This document shows, in pieces, positions 39,901 through 48,896 of a DNA stretch of 64,000 bases. Both the position numbers and the translations under genes were made by a program. Numbering within the stretch: the first letter of the stretch is position 1; the number at the start of each line of letters is the position of its first letter. The notes beneath the pieces are model-generated. The model saw only the letters and a program-made list of their open reading frames with translations. It was not told the DNA's origin and ran no database searches. This DNA is from Candidatus Dojkabacteria bacterium (GTDB taxonomy: Bacteria > Patescibacteriota > Dojkabacteria > JAOAGR01): positions 85,776 to 149,775 of the forward strand of contig AP026679.1 in assembly GCA_025999155.1 (NCBI GenBank), written 5' to 3'.

Positions 39901-41007
39901 GTCGACTTGTCCGGCACACCGATAGGAGCTATAGTTAGAGCGACAAATTTGACCCGAACTACTGGGTCGTCATCCACCCCAAATCCGGTCGCTCCAGCAA
40001 TGGGATACACATCGAATGCGGTACCATTCACGGGAACTACTGTATCTCCAAATAACTCCGCACTACCGAATGATAATTTTTCTGTAAGCCAAAACGTGAG
40101 ACTAGTGAGATGGAGTACCATAACATCGTTCGTGCCGGGAGAGGTATATACAGGTAAAGTAAGGGTAGAGATTCAATCATTCTCTGGTAATCCAGGATTA
40201 CGTAATCAAGTATGTTTAGTCATCGACTCAAATAATAATGGTCAATTTGATAATGTTGAAATGATTAGGTGTAGTGAGGTAGACGTCTTTACCGCACAAC
40301 CTCAATTTACAATAGAGAAAACTGTCAATAACAATACTGCAAACCCTGGTGATACAATTACGTACACGATTACCCTGAGAAATACTTCTAATAATCCACT
40401 TAACTTAAATAACGTCACCATCACTGATGCTTTTGACACGAATTATTTTAATAGGGTAAATATCACACCAGGAAATGGAGGGGAGATACAAAACTCCGAC
40501 CGAGTAGTTTGGACAGGATCAGACCTAGTGACGGCCAACGGAAATAATGCCAACCTAGCTCCAAATGCTACTCTCTCCGTCACTATGCAAGTGAGATTTA
40601 ATCCTGACTTCTTTAATAACGACACAACAATGTGTCAGACAATCATCAATAACGTAGTCACAGCGAGGTCCACATCGCCCGAATTTGATGCAACTTCCAC
40701 AAACGTCACCGTAAATCTGATCAATCCAAATTGTGGTGCAATACCCACGCAGTCGCCGACACAACCTCGTCAAGGACCCACTTCAAATACTTTGCCGAAA
40801 ACCAGTTTAGATATTCCAGTTTTGCTGCCTGTTATCAGTGTCATAGCGATCGTAGTAGGTGTTACAGGCCTAATAGTTCACAAAAGACTGCACTTAAGAT
40901 TATCTAGGGATGGTTCTAGCGCATCTTTGTCTCAGGAACCCAGAAATATTAAAGAGCTCCGTAAAAAGTTTAGAGTTAGAAAACGAAGAGTGTTAAAAAG
41001 TGAATAA
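36943..41007 (+). CDS. Giant (1354 aa) cysteine-rich cell-surface protein. Domain order: N-terminal signal-anchor, about 400 aa Cys/Gly-rich module, two tandem copies of a novel ~170-aa domain, Pro/Thr linker, DUF11-like beta-sandwich repeats, C-terminal LPKTS motif, TM, basic tail (sortase-type sorting signal).
   Basis: TM LITFILIGLTLILGGLAIFLAITI. More than 60 Cys in residues 60-450. Repeats CSFMTVTVGGQSITVNS... / CSSMTVSIGDQTITVNN.... PPPPTTPPPPAP. TITYTITLRNTSNNPLNLNNVTITDAF. C-terminal LPKTSLDIPVLLPVISVIAIVVGVTGLIVHKRLHLRL. GC visibly higher than flanking genes. Confidence 0.7.
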   Translation: MAKIDFSRISNLTYNWRFVLRNRRLITFILIGLTLILGGLAIFLAITINNRRVNPDDTAAVDPCGGCPGGHYCDSTTCTNPPHAFCCPNDQACGCPIAQTKETRIVDRGTRCGPAAGCPEGLGKQMRDSCEVGKDGQLTNCTDASDADCTPKPGCPQPDGTNPACPRSAIPNCGQGNARVGETCTCQSQGTDRFTGIQVCTETGWSICARADGQQTPRAGCPSGMRPVNGVCVRDCDGNSNICACGNNLCSGTAGQRFTCSNASECQVVDSGAWAGSGNCRVAVGPGGSVGECARAEFRSCNPPAGQMCLCSGLGAPINGYRYGNTTTEPVGRCGSSCEGKSGGIYVAEVCGNPYRCPDTPTFRPPPCTPSSYCDPVRNQRVDTVCHQDGSKSVIYTPEECGPCPVTRACQGCDAVEFNCHGQVIRRIPNSSECPCTTTTREEDDACSFMTVTVGGQSITVNSVLSPNVLSVQLQPGQEITFNSGSAGPNANFSHYWMRPYGPEDGCAYYIFNPDTEWAGSPQRTFRLPGNLQQLERNDAWGRANCRGKTFDYTKGVIFGVNYLRDGRRWEGNWCRNIGPNPSDSSYFNASTGSLNRPCPRPNPCVVRTLPPLGACSSMTVSIGDQTITVNNINSPNVLNVQLQPGQQITFNSSSTGPGAYFSHYWMRPYRADPNDPINRQGTREHICAYYIFNFNQDLGGSPQRTFTIPNNLNALERNDLAGSNGSITVNGQTFSCRGYAPDYTQGVIFGVNYIQNPTQWGGEWCSNQGPNPGDSGFFNGSINLNRPCPTPNVCVVRTQYTPPPPTTPPPPAPQCTSITIQNQTRNTSCNASNPNACNVMQGDQLNVSVTGSGTITRYGLTTQVIRGQNITTNNPTTQESSQFNSITVPTGNDITGFAIRGSVENVSGSQSSDNCFVRFTFTQNPEIQKTINRAGSNPAIPESMNPVVVSGGNVVEYDITVRNNGNSVLQNVLVYDRVINLNNGNVDLSGTPIGAIVRATNLTRTTGSSSTPNPVAPAMGYTSNAVPFTGTTVSPNNSALPNDNFSVSQNVRLVRWSTITSFVPGEVYTGKVRVEIQSFSGNPGLRNQVCLVIDSNNNGQFDNVEMIRCSEVDVFTAQPQFTIEKTVNNNTANPGDTITYTITLRNTSNNPLNLNNVTITDAFDTNYFNRVNITPGNGGEIQNSDRVVWTGSDLVTANGNNANLAPNATLSVTMQVRFNPDFFNNDTTMCQTIINNVVTARSTSPEFDATSTNVTVNLINPNCGAIPTQSPTQPRQGPTSNTLPKTSLDIPVLLPVISVIAIVVGVTGLIVHKRLHLRLSRDGSSASLSQEPRNIKELRKKFRVRKRRVLKSE
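38279..39343 (+). repeat. Intragenic tandem duplication, two copies of about 500 nt, encoding a novel ~170-aa domain within the giant surface protein.
   Basis: ccaaacgtactcagcgtacaattacagcccggtcaagaaattacatttaattc versus ccaaacgtcttaaacgtacaactgcaacccggtcaacagattacatttaattc. Conserved protein blocks QLQPGQxITFNS, FSHYWMRPY, CAYYIFN, GSPQRTF, LERND, GVIFGVNY, NRPCPxPNxCVVRT in both copies. Confidence 0.8.
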
Positions 41008-41069
41008 TTAATAGTTATAACGAATGGATTCTAAAATAATGAAGTAAATTTGACTGTTTTGTTATACAA

Positions 41070-42347
41070 TTGGTTATGAACAAGTTATCAAATTTGCCTT
41101 ATGTGGGGTGTAATGATTATCCACCTAGTGATTACAGACGTATAGAATACATATTCTCAAAATGGCGTGAATTGGCAAAGAAATATGGTTATGAAGAGTA
41201 TTTGACTCCCGTATTAGAAAGGGCTGAAATTTATGAGGCCAAGTCCGGTGAGGATATTAAAAAAGAGCTTTATATACTTACAGATGGGAAAGGGCGCAGA
41301 CTAGCATTGAGGCCGGAAATGACTCCGTCGGTCACAAGACTGGTTACTAAGTTATATGCTTCTTCACCTAAACCTCTACGATATTTTAGTATAGCAAATT
41401 TTTTTCGGGGTGAACGACCACAAAAGGGTAGGGATAGAGAATTTTGGCAATTGAACATTGATATTTTTGGAAGTGAATCTATTTATGCAGACTTAGAAAT
41501 TTTGATGTCTGCTATAGATTTAATGCGCAGTTTTAATGCTCCACAATCGTCTTATATTCTAAAAATCAATCACAGGAAATTAATCGATTACTTTTTATCC
41601 GATATACTTAAAATTGTTGATTCAGAGACAAAAACTCAAGTTGTCCGTAAATTGGATAAGTATAAAAAATTAACTCACAAGGAGTTTGTAGAAAGCCTAC
41701 ACAATATAGGATTGAATTCGGAACAAATTGTACAAATCCTAGAATGGATGCAAAGTGATTTTTACAATATAGCAAATAGCTTCTCACAAGTGACTGAAAA
41801 TCAAGGTTTTAAGGACATATTATTCCTTCTTAATAAACTGGAACATTTGGGCTATAGTGAGAATGTAAAATATGCAAGTGATCTGATTCGAGGTTTCGAT
41901 TATTATGATGGTATGGTTTTTGAAGTTTTTGACTTAAACCCTAATCTAACCCGATCTTTGTTTGGCGGAGGTCGTTACAATGGTCTTGCTGAAATCTTTG
42001 GAAGCGATAGAATTCCCGCGGTAGGCTATGCCCCTGGCAGCCCAATTAGCATATTTCTTGATAATTGGAATTTATGGCCGGATTTTGACGCTCAGAAAGT
42101 TAATTATTTTCTGCCTATTCTATCCGAAAATTTAGTAGTACCTGTATTGAATCTTGCATCGAATCTCAGACAAACAGGTAAGATTGTAGAGACTAGTATT
42201 GACATAATATCCCTTTCAAAGGCATTATCATATGCGAATACTCGTAAATTTAAATACGTAATAATTTATGGCGAGGATGAATATAACAAAAGCCAGTACC
42301 TAATTAAAGATATGCATACAGGCGAACAGGTGAGCTACAGTATATGA
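41070..42347 (+). CDS. hisS: Histidyl-tRNA synthetase (class IIa).
   Basis: Motif 1/2 region RLALRPEMTPSVTR...FRGERPQKGRDREFWQLNIDIFG matches HisRS LRPEGT / YRYERPQKGRYRQF. Motif 3 GGGRYNGL. Confidence 0.8.
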   Translation: MVMNKLSNLPYVGCNDYPPSDYRRIEYIFSKWRELAKKYGYEEYLTPVLERAEIYEAKSGEDIKKELYILTDGKGRRLALRPEMTPSVTRLVTKLYASSPKPLRYFSIANFFRGERPQKGRDREFWQLNIDIFGSESIYADLEILMSAIDLMRSFNAPQSSYILKINHRKLIDYFLSDILKIVDSETKTQVVRKLDKYKKLTHKEFVESLHNIGLNSEQIVQILEWMQSDFYNIANSFSQVTENQGFKDILFLLNKLEHLGYSENVKYASDLIRGFDYYDGMVFEVFDLNPNLTRSLFGGGRYNGLAEIFGSDRIPAVGYAPGSPISIFLDNWNLWPDFDAQKVNYFLPILSENLVVPVLNLASNLRQTGKIVETSIDIISLSKALSYANTRKFKYVIIYGEDEYNKSQYLIKDMHTGEQVSYSI

Positions 42348-42790
42348 AAATTATAAATATAACAAATATTGAAAATCCTTATGATTTAAAAGATTTTGAA
42401 GTGAATGAAGATACGACAATAAATTTTATATCTCGAATATATGATAAATCATTTGAGTTACCTATTAAAATAATCCATAGAAAGCCTGATTTATCATCAA
42501 ATATAACTATTCGTATAGCACTGTTCGGGCAATCACAAGTCCGTATTCCTGTCGAAATATATGTTGTGAAAGGGGCAGTAAACACTTATACAAATTTTCA
42601 AGCTAGCGTATTTATCATGAGTAATGAATCAAAAGCGGATATAACGCCAAGTTTGTTCATACATGAAAAAGCTATTCGTGGAGCTGGTCATAGTCTAGTA
42701 ATCAAAAATATAAAGCAGAAAGATACTCTTTATCTTCAATCTAGAGGTATAAAATTTGAAAAAGCACGAGATTTGATAATGAATTTATAG
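42344..42790 (+). CDS. Hypothetical protein. ATGA overlap with hisS.
   Basis: 148 aa, no recognisable motif. Translationally coupled to hisS. Confidence 0.4.
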   Translation: MKIINITNIENPYDLKDFEVNEDTTINFISRIYDKSFELPIKIIHRKPDLSSNITIRIALFGQSQVRIPVEIYVVKGAVNTYTNFQASVFIMSNESKADITPSLFIHEKAIRGAGHSLVIKNIKQKDTLYLQSRGIKFEKARDLIMNL

Positions 42791-42903
42791 ATTTTTTCTC
42801 ATTTGAATGCAAAGCCATATATGGTATACTATTCTTAGATGCACGAGCCTAGTTATTGCTCGTTTTTTGTTTAATAATAATTATTAGTTATACGAAGTTA
42901 GTT

Positions 42904-44214
42904 ATGTCAGCAAAAGTTAATACGGACTTCATATCAGCTATATACCAAATTGCTGAAGAAAGAGGGTTAGATCAGGAAGTAGTATTGGAACAAGTAAAAA
43001 AAGCATATCTGACGGCTTATAAAAAGATGGCAAAAGACACAGAAACAGGGAAAAACGAAGAGGTCTCTTCGCTTGCCGTCGAAATAGATTTAGAAAATGG
43101 AGAGATTACAATTCTAAAAGATAAAAAAGTCGTATCCGTACTCACAGATCCTAATACACAAATTTTGGAATCTCATGCTAAATTAATCGATCCCAAACTG
43201 CGTGAAGGTGACCATATACAAATAGATGTTACTCCAGATAATTTTGGTCGAATTGCTGCACAGGCTGCTTTTCAAAGGTTATTGCAAGGACTTAAAGATG
43301 CAGAATTGGAGTCAATCAAGGCTAAGTATGAGGACAAGGTGGGGAAAATCATAAGCGGCGTTATATTAAAGAAAGATCAAAATTACATTAAAGTAGAGGT
43401 AGAAAAAGCTGAGGCTATTATGCCTCTTTCAGAAGCAATACCCGGAGAAATTTACAAAAGTGCTGACCGTAAACGATTCCTGCTAGTCCGACTACAAAAT
43501 AGTCCTACAGATAAACGAATGCTACTATCCCGTGGTTCAAGTAATTTTTTGAAAGCTTTATTTGAAGTAGAGGTACCAGAAATTGCTATGGGAAGTGTCC
43601 AAATAGTCGGTGTAGCTCGTGAGGCAGGATCAAGATCAAAGGTAGCCGTACAATCATTACATGAGAAAGTAGATGCTATCGGTGCATGTGTTGGACCAAA
43701 AGGAACCAGGATAGATACTATAATGAATGAAGTAAGTCCTGAAAAAGTAGATATCATTCTATTTGATCCAGATATTAAAAACTATATAGTGAATGCACTT
43801 AGCCCAGCAAAAGTCGTAAGTGTGAAAGTATATCCTGATATGAAAAAATCAGTAGTTTTAGTCTCTGAAGATATGCTTTCCCTTGCTATAGGAAAAGATG
43901 GGCAAAATGTCCGTCTTGCAGCCAAGCTCACAGGCTATCAAATAGATATAACAGCTGATAAGGAGAAATTTGAAACATACGACATAGATGAAAGAAATTC
44001 CTCGCAACATAATACGGATCAAAAAACTAGCATGGATGAAGACCCTGTAATTGAGGATTTGAATTTATCAGAAAGACAAAAGCGAGCACTCAAAAAAGTA
44101 GGAATTGAAAAAAAATCTGATCTATATAAATTGGTAAATAAAGAAATTACAATCGACACTTTTACAAGTAAGGATATAAACAAAATCAAAAAAATATTAG
44201 ATATACAGGAGTGA
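42904..44214 (+). CDS. nusA: Transcription termination/antitermination factor NusA. Start at the second Met of the ORF.
   Basis: N-terminal domain DFISAIYQIAEERGLDQEVVLEQVKKAYLTAYKK. S1 domain GKIISGVILKKDQNYIKVEV. Two KH domains (GACVGPKGTRIDTIMNEV; AIGKDGQNVRLAAKLTGYQIDI). Confidence 0.9.
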   Translation: MSAKVNTDFISAIYQIAEERGLDQEVVLEQVKKAYLTAYKKMAKDTETGKNEEVSSLAVEIDLENGEITILKDKKVVSVLTDPNTQILESHAKLIDPKLREGDHIQIDVTPDNFGRIAAQAAFQRLLQGLKDAELESIKAKYEDKVGKIISGVILKKDQNYIKVEVEKAEAIMPLSEAIPGEIYKSADRKRFLLVRLQNSPTDKRMLLSRGSSNFLKALFEVEVPEIAMGSVQIVGVAREAGSRSKVAVQSLHEKVDAIGACVGPKGTRIDTIMNEVSPEKVDIILFDPDIKNYIVNALSPAKVVSVKVYPDMKKSVVLVSEDMLSLAIGKDGQNVRLAAKLTGYQIDITADKEKFETYDIDERNSSQHNTDQKTSMDEDPVIEDLNLSERQKRALKKVGIEKKSDLYKLVNKEITIDTFTSKDINKIKKILDIQE

Positions 44215-44579
44215 ACGACAAGGAAAAAAAGATTCCGATCAGAAAATGTGTTGTTAGCGGGGAGCGTTATCCAAAAGTCGATATGCTACGCATAGTTTCT
44301 CTTCGAGGTGGGCCTATCAGAATTGATTTAACTGGCAAAGCGCCGGGAAGAGGCTGCTACGTTTACCCGGATCCAGAAAATTATCATAAATTAATAAAAT
44401 CGAAAGCATCTCAGGTAGCTAAAGCACTTAAAAAGCCGATTTCCGAACAAGAATTAGAATATCTCAAAAATAATTTATTACAAGCTTTTGATGAGAAAAA
44501 ATTTCGCAAAAAGTATACAAAACCAGTTGCTATTCGTATCAGAAAAGAAGATCTGGAGAAATTAAATCAAGCATCTTAA
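44211..44579 (+). CDS. ylxR: YlxR/RnpM-family (DUF448) RNA-binding protein. GTG start overlapping the nusA stop.
   Basis: RKCVVSGERYPKVDMLRIV...GKAPGRGCYV: the Cys-cluster DUF448 signature in its conserved position after nusA. Confidence 0.8.
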   Translation: MNDKEKKIPIRKCVVSGERYPKVDMLRIVSLRGGPIRIDLTGKAPGRGCYVYPDPENYHKLIKSKASQVAKALKKPISEQELEYLKNNLLQAFDEKKFRKKYTKPVAIRIRKEDLEKLNQAS

Positions 44580-44608
44580 TAAAGTTTTGCAATTGTTCAA
44601 AATTAAAG

Positions 44609-45709
44609 GTGTACCTCACTTCTTTAAAAGTTTTAAATTTTCGTAATATTAAAAACTTTGCATACGAATTTGGTAAAAATATAAACTACTTTTTCGCCCC
44701 TAACGGTACAGGAAAAACGAATCTACTCGAATCAATCCAAGCTCTCACAATAGGTAAAACACTACGTACTACTAGAGAAAAAGATATCATACCCTTGAAT
44801 CTCGACTTGCAATATATCGATGTTACGGGAAAAATTCTCGATGAAGATAATATCAACTTTACCCAATCTTATCGTATACATTTACAACCGAAAATAACAA
44901 AAGAATTGATAGTGAACAATAATAAATTACCTTTGAGTCAATACCTGGGCAGAGTACCAAGTATATGGTTTGGCCCCGAAAACATAAGAATAATCAATTC
45001 ATCTCCAGTCAATAAACGTAATTTTATAGACAATATCCTAATTCAACTATATCCAAAATATCAATATTGTCTTAGACGTTATAATAAAGCCTTAAAGCAT
45101 CGAAATAAATTACTACAGGAACTCACAATAGATAAACACCAAATAGATATATGGACTGAACAATTAGTAATTTACGGCAGTGAAATCATAAGGTATCGGA
45201 AATTTTTTTTTCAAGTAATGAATGAAAAGCTCAATCAATTAACCTTTTCGAGATATCGATTTAAAATTAAGTCTATACCGTCAATTCAACTTGATCCCAT
45301 TTTTGATGAAGACATTGAATATAAATTACGTGCGGATCTATATGAAAATTATACCCAGGATTTACATAAAAAAACGACAACTGTAGGACCACATAAAGAC
45401 TACTGGGATCTCTTTATCCAAATAAATCAAAATCATACATGGCTCAATGCTTCGAGATATGCTTCACGAGGCCAGCAAAGATTAGCTCTAATCATTTTAT
45501 TTATGACTTTAATTCAGATATTTCAAGAAATACGAAATCTTAAACCAATTATGCTACTTGATGATATCTTCTCTGAACTAGATGATGAAAACATTCAATT
45601 ATTAAAAAACTTTATTCTAGACAACCAAGTCCAAACTTTTATCACAGGAGTGACACCTCTCCCACAAACTAATATAAATCAAATAAACCTATATGAACTT
45701 TTAAAGTAA
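44609..45709 (+). CDS. recF: DNA replication and repair protein RecF (GTG start).
   Basis: Walker A APNGTGKTNLLESIQAL. C-terminal Walker B/D-loop LLDDIFSELD. SMC-like 366 aa. Confidence 0.8.
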   Translation: MYLTSLKVLNFRNIKNFAYEFGKNINYFFAPNGTGKTNLLESIQALTIGKTLRTTREKDIIPLNLDLQYIDVTGKILDEDNINFTQSYRIHLQPKITKELIVNNNKLPLSQYLGRVPSIWFGPENIRIINSSPVNKRNFIDNILIQLYPKYQYCLRRYNKALKHRNKLLQELTIDKHQIDIWTEQLVIYGSEIIRYRKFFFQVMNEKLNQLTFSRYRFKIKSIPSIQLDPIFDEDIEYKLRADLYENYTQDLHKKTTTVGPHKDYWDLFIQINQNHTWLNASRYASRGQQRLALIILFMTLIQIFQEIRNLKPIMLLDDIFSELDDENIQLLKNFILDNQVQTFITGVTPLPQTNINQINLYELLK

Positions 45710-45718
45710 TACTGCAGT

Positions 45719-46435
45719 ATGAAAGATCATGATTTTTTAGAAATATACAATCGTCTACACTTTTTAACCGATACACTTCGACTACAATATGCAAATTTTA
45801 TATATCGGCATTACAATGAAAAAATAACCTTAACTGAAATTATTCAAAGATTGAAACAAGATGAGCCAATTGAATACATACTAAATATCGCGGAATTTTA
45901 TGGTCTTGAATTATATGTAGATAATAGAGTTTTAATACCAAGAATAGATACAGAAAATCTAGTTACTCACACGCTAAAATACATAAAGAACCATAATAAT
46001 ACAAAATTTACAATTATCGATGTTGGTACTGGATCTGGATGTATAGCAATAGCACTAGCAAAAAATCTTGATAAAAAAAATATTTATCAAATTATAGCGA
46101 TAGAGAAATATAGAGAGGCCCTTGCTGTCGCAGCAATTAACATAAAACAAATGAATTTAAATAATCGGATAAAATTGATCAATAGTGATTTCAGGGATAT
46201 TGATTTTGCTGTTTATCCAAACCTTGTTGTCTGTGCAAATTTACCTTACATACCGGAAAATCGAATCTTACCAAAAAGTGTAAAAGACTTTGAACCAAAG
46301 ACGGCATTATTTGGCGGTCAAAAAGGTGATGAATTAATTCAGGCTTTAAAAAAACAACTCATGGGGATGCATAATCTTAGATTTGCTATTTTTGAGCTAG
46401 ACGGCGGTCAAATAGAAATATTCCACGCAGAATAA
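45719..46435 (+). CDS. prmC: Release-factor glutamine N5-methyltransferase PrmC/HemK-family.
   Basis: IIDVGTGSGCIAIALA (motif I). NLPYIP (NPPY-type motif IV). Confidence 0.75.
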   Translation: MKDHDFLEIYNRLHFLTDTLRLQYANFIYRHYNEKITLTEIIQRLKQDEPIEYILNIAEFYGLELYVDNRVLIPRIDTENLVTHTLKYIKNHNNTKFTIIDVGTGSGCIAIALAKNLDKKNIYQIIAIEKYREALAVAAINIKQMNLNNRIKLINSDFRDIDFAVYPNLVVCANLPYIPENRILPKSVKDFEPKTALFGGQKGDELIQALKKQLMGMHNLRFAIFELDGGQIEIFHAE

Positions 46436-46532
46436 GACTTTATATAATTTAATTAGAAATTATCTTGATATTTTATCTCCAAAAACAGACAATATATCTG
46501 AAATAAGATTGTGTTTTAATAAATTATTTATC

Positions 46533-47954
46533 ATGGAAAATAAAATAAAAACTAAAATTATCTGTACTATAGGTCCATCTACCTGGGATCCTAATGTACT
46601 ACAAGAACTAATAAATAATGGAATGACAGTTGCACGTATAAATGCTTCCTTTGCAGACGCAGATGAAATAAAGCGAGTGACAAAACTGATCAGATCATTA
46701 TCAGATAAGGTTGCAGTGATGTTAGATTTGAAAGGTCATAAAATTAGAATTTCGGATTTTGGAGAACCTAAGGAAGTCAAAGCAGGTGATGAGTTAATAC
46801 TTGATACCGATCCTCATACAGAACATATTGGAGTTAGTTATGAAAATTTACACAAAGATATCTCCGTTGGGGCAAAAATACTTATTGACGATGGCAAAAT
46901 ACATCTCACAGTAACAAAAATAGAAGGTACAAAAATTTACACAAGAGTTTTAAACTCGGGTCTTTTAAAACGACTCAAAACTCTTAATGTGCCTGGCACT
47001 TATTTGAGCTTTGATCCTTTGACAGAAAAAGACAAACAAGATATCCAAGCCGGGATTGAAGCAGGTGTGGATTTTATAGCGGGATCCTTTGTAAGAGATG
47101 TAAATGATGTAAATGCGATAAAAGAAAGAATTATGGGCACCAACATTGAGATCATAGCAAAAATCGAAGATCCATTAGGAGTAAAAAATTTTGATAGTAT
47201 ACTTGAAAATGTCTATGGCATTATGATAGCGAGAGGTGATCTCGGTGTAGAATTACCTTATGAAGAAATCCCGTTTTTACAAAAAGAGTTTATTAAAAAA
47301 TGTAGATCAGTAGGCAAACCTGTAATTGTTGCAACCCATATGCTTGAATCGATGACCGCTAATCCCGCTCCAACAAGGGCCGAAGTAAATGACGTGGCAA
47401 ATGCAATATTTGATGGAGCTGATGCAATTATGACTTCTGCGGAGACATCTACAGGTCAATATCCCATAGAAGCTATACGAGTAATGCATAAAGTTGCAAG
47501 CTTTATAGAACCTCACACCAAATACGAAGAATATCATACTATAAACGATAAAATTAGTTATTACAATCAGAAAAACTTCGATGATGCAGATCGCGCTATC
47601 ACTATAGCAAAAGCAGGCGCTCAAGCGTGTGAAACAATGAATATACAAAGTATCATAGTTTTTTCTAAAACCGGTTTTACTGCACGGATTTTAAGACAAT
47701 TTAATATTAAACAACCCATATATGCTTTTACACTATCTGAAGATTGGGCACGGAAGTTAGCCCTGTCAAAGGGGATATACGCCTATGCGATACCATCTTT
47801 AAGCCAAAATCGGGATGAAGCTATTCAACAGGTCATAAATCATGCAAAAAGTATTGGAATTATACAAAGCGGTGATCTAATAGCTATTGTCATTGGCTCA
47901 CAAGTTTTTGCAGGAGTAAATACTAGTACACTAGACTTATTAAGAGTAGCCTAG
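46533..47954 (+). CDS. pyk: Pyruvate kinase. Start at MENKIKTKIICTIGP.
   Basis: KIICTIGPS. MIARGDLGVE. IVATHMLESM...PTRAEVNDVANA. Confidence 0.9.
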   Translation: MENKIKTKIICTIGPSTWDPNVLQELINNGMTVARINASFADADEIKRVTKLIRSLSDKVAVMLDLKGHKIRISDFGEPKEVKAGDELILDTDPHTEHIGVSYENLHKDISVGAKILIDDGKIHLTVTKIEGTKIYTRVLNSGLLKRLKTLNVPGTYLSFDPLTEKDKQDIQAGIEAGVDFIAGSFVRDVNDVNAIKERIMGTNIEIIAKIEDPLGVKNFDSILENVYGIMIARGDLGVELPYEEIPFLQKEFIKKCRSVGKPVIVATHMLESMTANPAPTRAEVNDVANAIFDGADAIMTSAETSTGQYPIEAIRVMHKVASFIEPHTKYEEYHTINDKISYYNQKNFDDADRAITIAKAGAQACETMNIQSIIVFSKTGFTARILRQFNIKQPIYAFTLSEDWARKLALSKGIYAYAIPSLSQNRDEAIQQVINHAKSIGIIQSGDLIAIVIGSQVFAGVNTSTLDLLRVA

Positions 47955-48031
47955 ATCTTGGCATGAACATTATAGTCTGGTATCATTAACACGGTATCGT
48001 TATATTAGTTATAAATCGAGGAGTTTATATT

Positions 48032-48457
48032 ATGGTAAACATAGCAGTTATTAAATTGGCAGGATCACAACATTTAGTAAAAGCCGGTGATAGATTAGAA
48101 GTAAATCGCTTATCTTACAAGATAGGTGAGCCTGTTGAAGCCGAAGTTTTATTAAGTACAAAAGGGGACGAATTGCTTGTAAATGAGGGCAAAGTTATAT
48201 TTAACGTCGTAGAAAATAAAAAAGGGAAAAAGTTACATGTAATAAAGTTTCGTGCAAAATCTCGATATAGAAGGAAAAAAGGTCACAGACAGCTTTTGTC
48301 AGTGGTTGAGGTTCTGTCAGTTAACGGAGAAACTAGTGTGAAAAAAGCATCCACAAATGATGTAGTACAGAATAGTAATTCGGATGAAATAGCTTCCGCC
48401 AAAACACGGGTTAAAACGGCCAAACGTGCAAAAAAAACAAAACAGAAATCTGCTTAG
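48032..48457 (+). CDS. rplU: 50S ribosomal protein L21 with a lysine-rich C-terminal extension.
   Basis: MVNIAVIKLAGSQHLVKAGDRLEVNRL...VIKFRAKSRYRRKKGHRQ. Confidence 0.85.
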   Translation: MVNIAVIKLAGSQHLVKAGDRLEVNRLSYKIGEPVEAEVLLSTKGDELLVNEGKVIFNVVENKKGKKLHVIKFRAKSRYRRKKGHRQLLSVVEVLSVNGETSVKKASTNDVVQNSNSDEIASAKTRVKTAKRAKKTKQKSA

Positions 48458-48499
48458 AAATATTTTATCTTTAATAATATTAAATAATTAAAAGTTATT

Positions 48500-48787
48500 A
48501 TGGCTCACGTCACAGCAGCAAAATCAACAGCTCGACAAAAGGGGAATGTAAGAGGTAAAAGGCGAGGAGTAAAAGTTTACACTGGAACAAAAGTGAAATC
48601 CGGATCTATTTTAGTAAGGCAGCTAGGAACTAAATATCTTCCAGGTAAGAATGTCGGCATGGGCAGGGATTACACTCTCTATGCAAAAATTGATGGTGTT
48701 GTACAGTTTCGAAATACTACAGGATACAAGAGAGGTAAAAAAGTTGTTCACGTAGTGCCCGTAAACTCAGCCGCAGCAAATGAATAA
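48500..48787 (+). CDS. rpmA: 50S ribosomal protein L27.
   Basis: [25 protein letters not shown]...[31 protein letters not shown]. Confidence 0.9.
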   Translation: MAHVTAAKSTARQKGNVRGKRRGVKVYTGTKVKSGSILVRQLGTKYLPGKNVGMGRDYTLYAKIDGVVQFRNTTGYKRGKKVVHVVPVNSAAANE

Positions 48788-48896
48788 CAGTCCAGATATC
48801 CAGCTTTCTGGTGGCATGGATTTTTATAATTTTATAGGTTTTCCTTTTCTGTTTCTCAGTGGATTTTATTAACTTAGGATTCTGTCAATTATTTAA

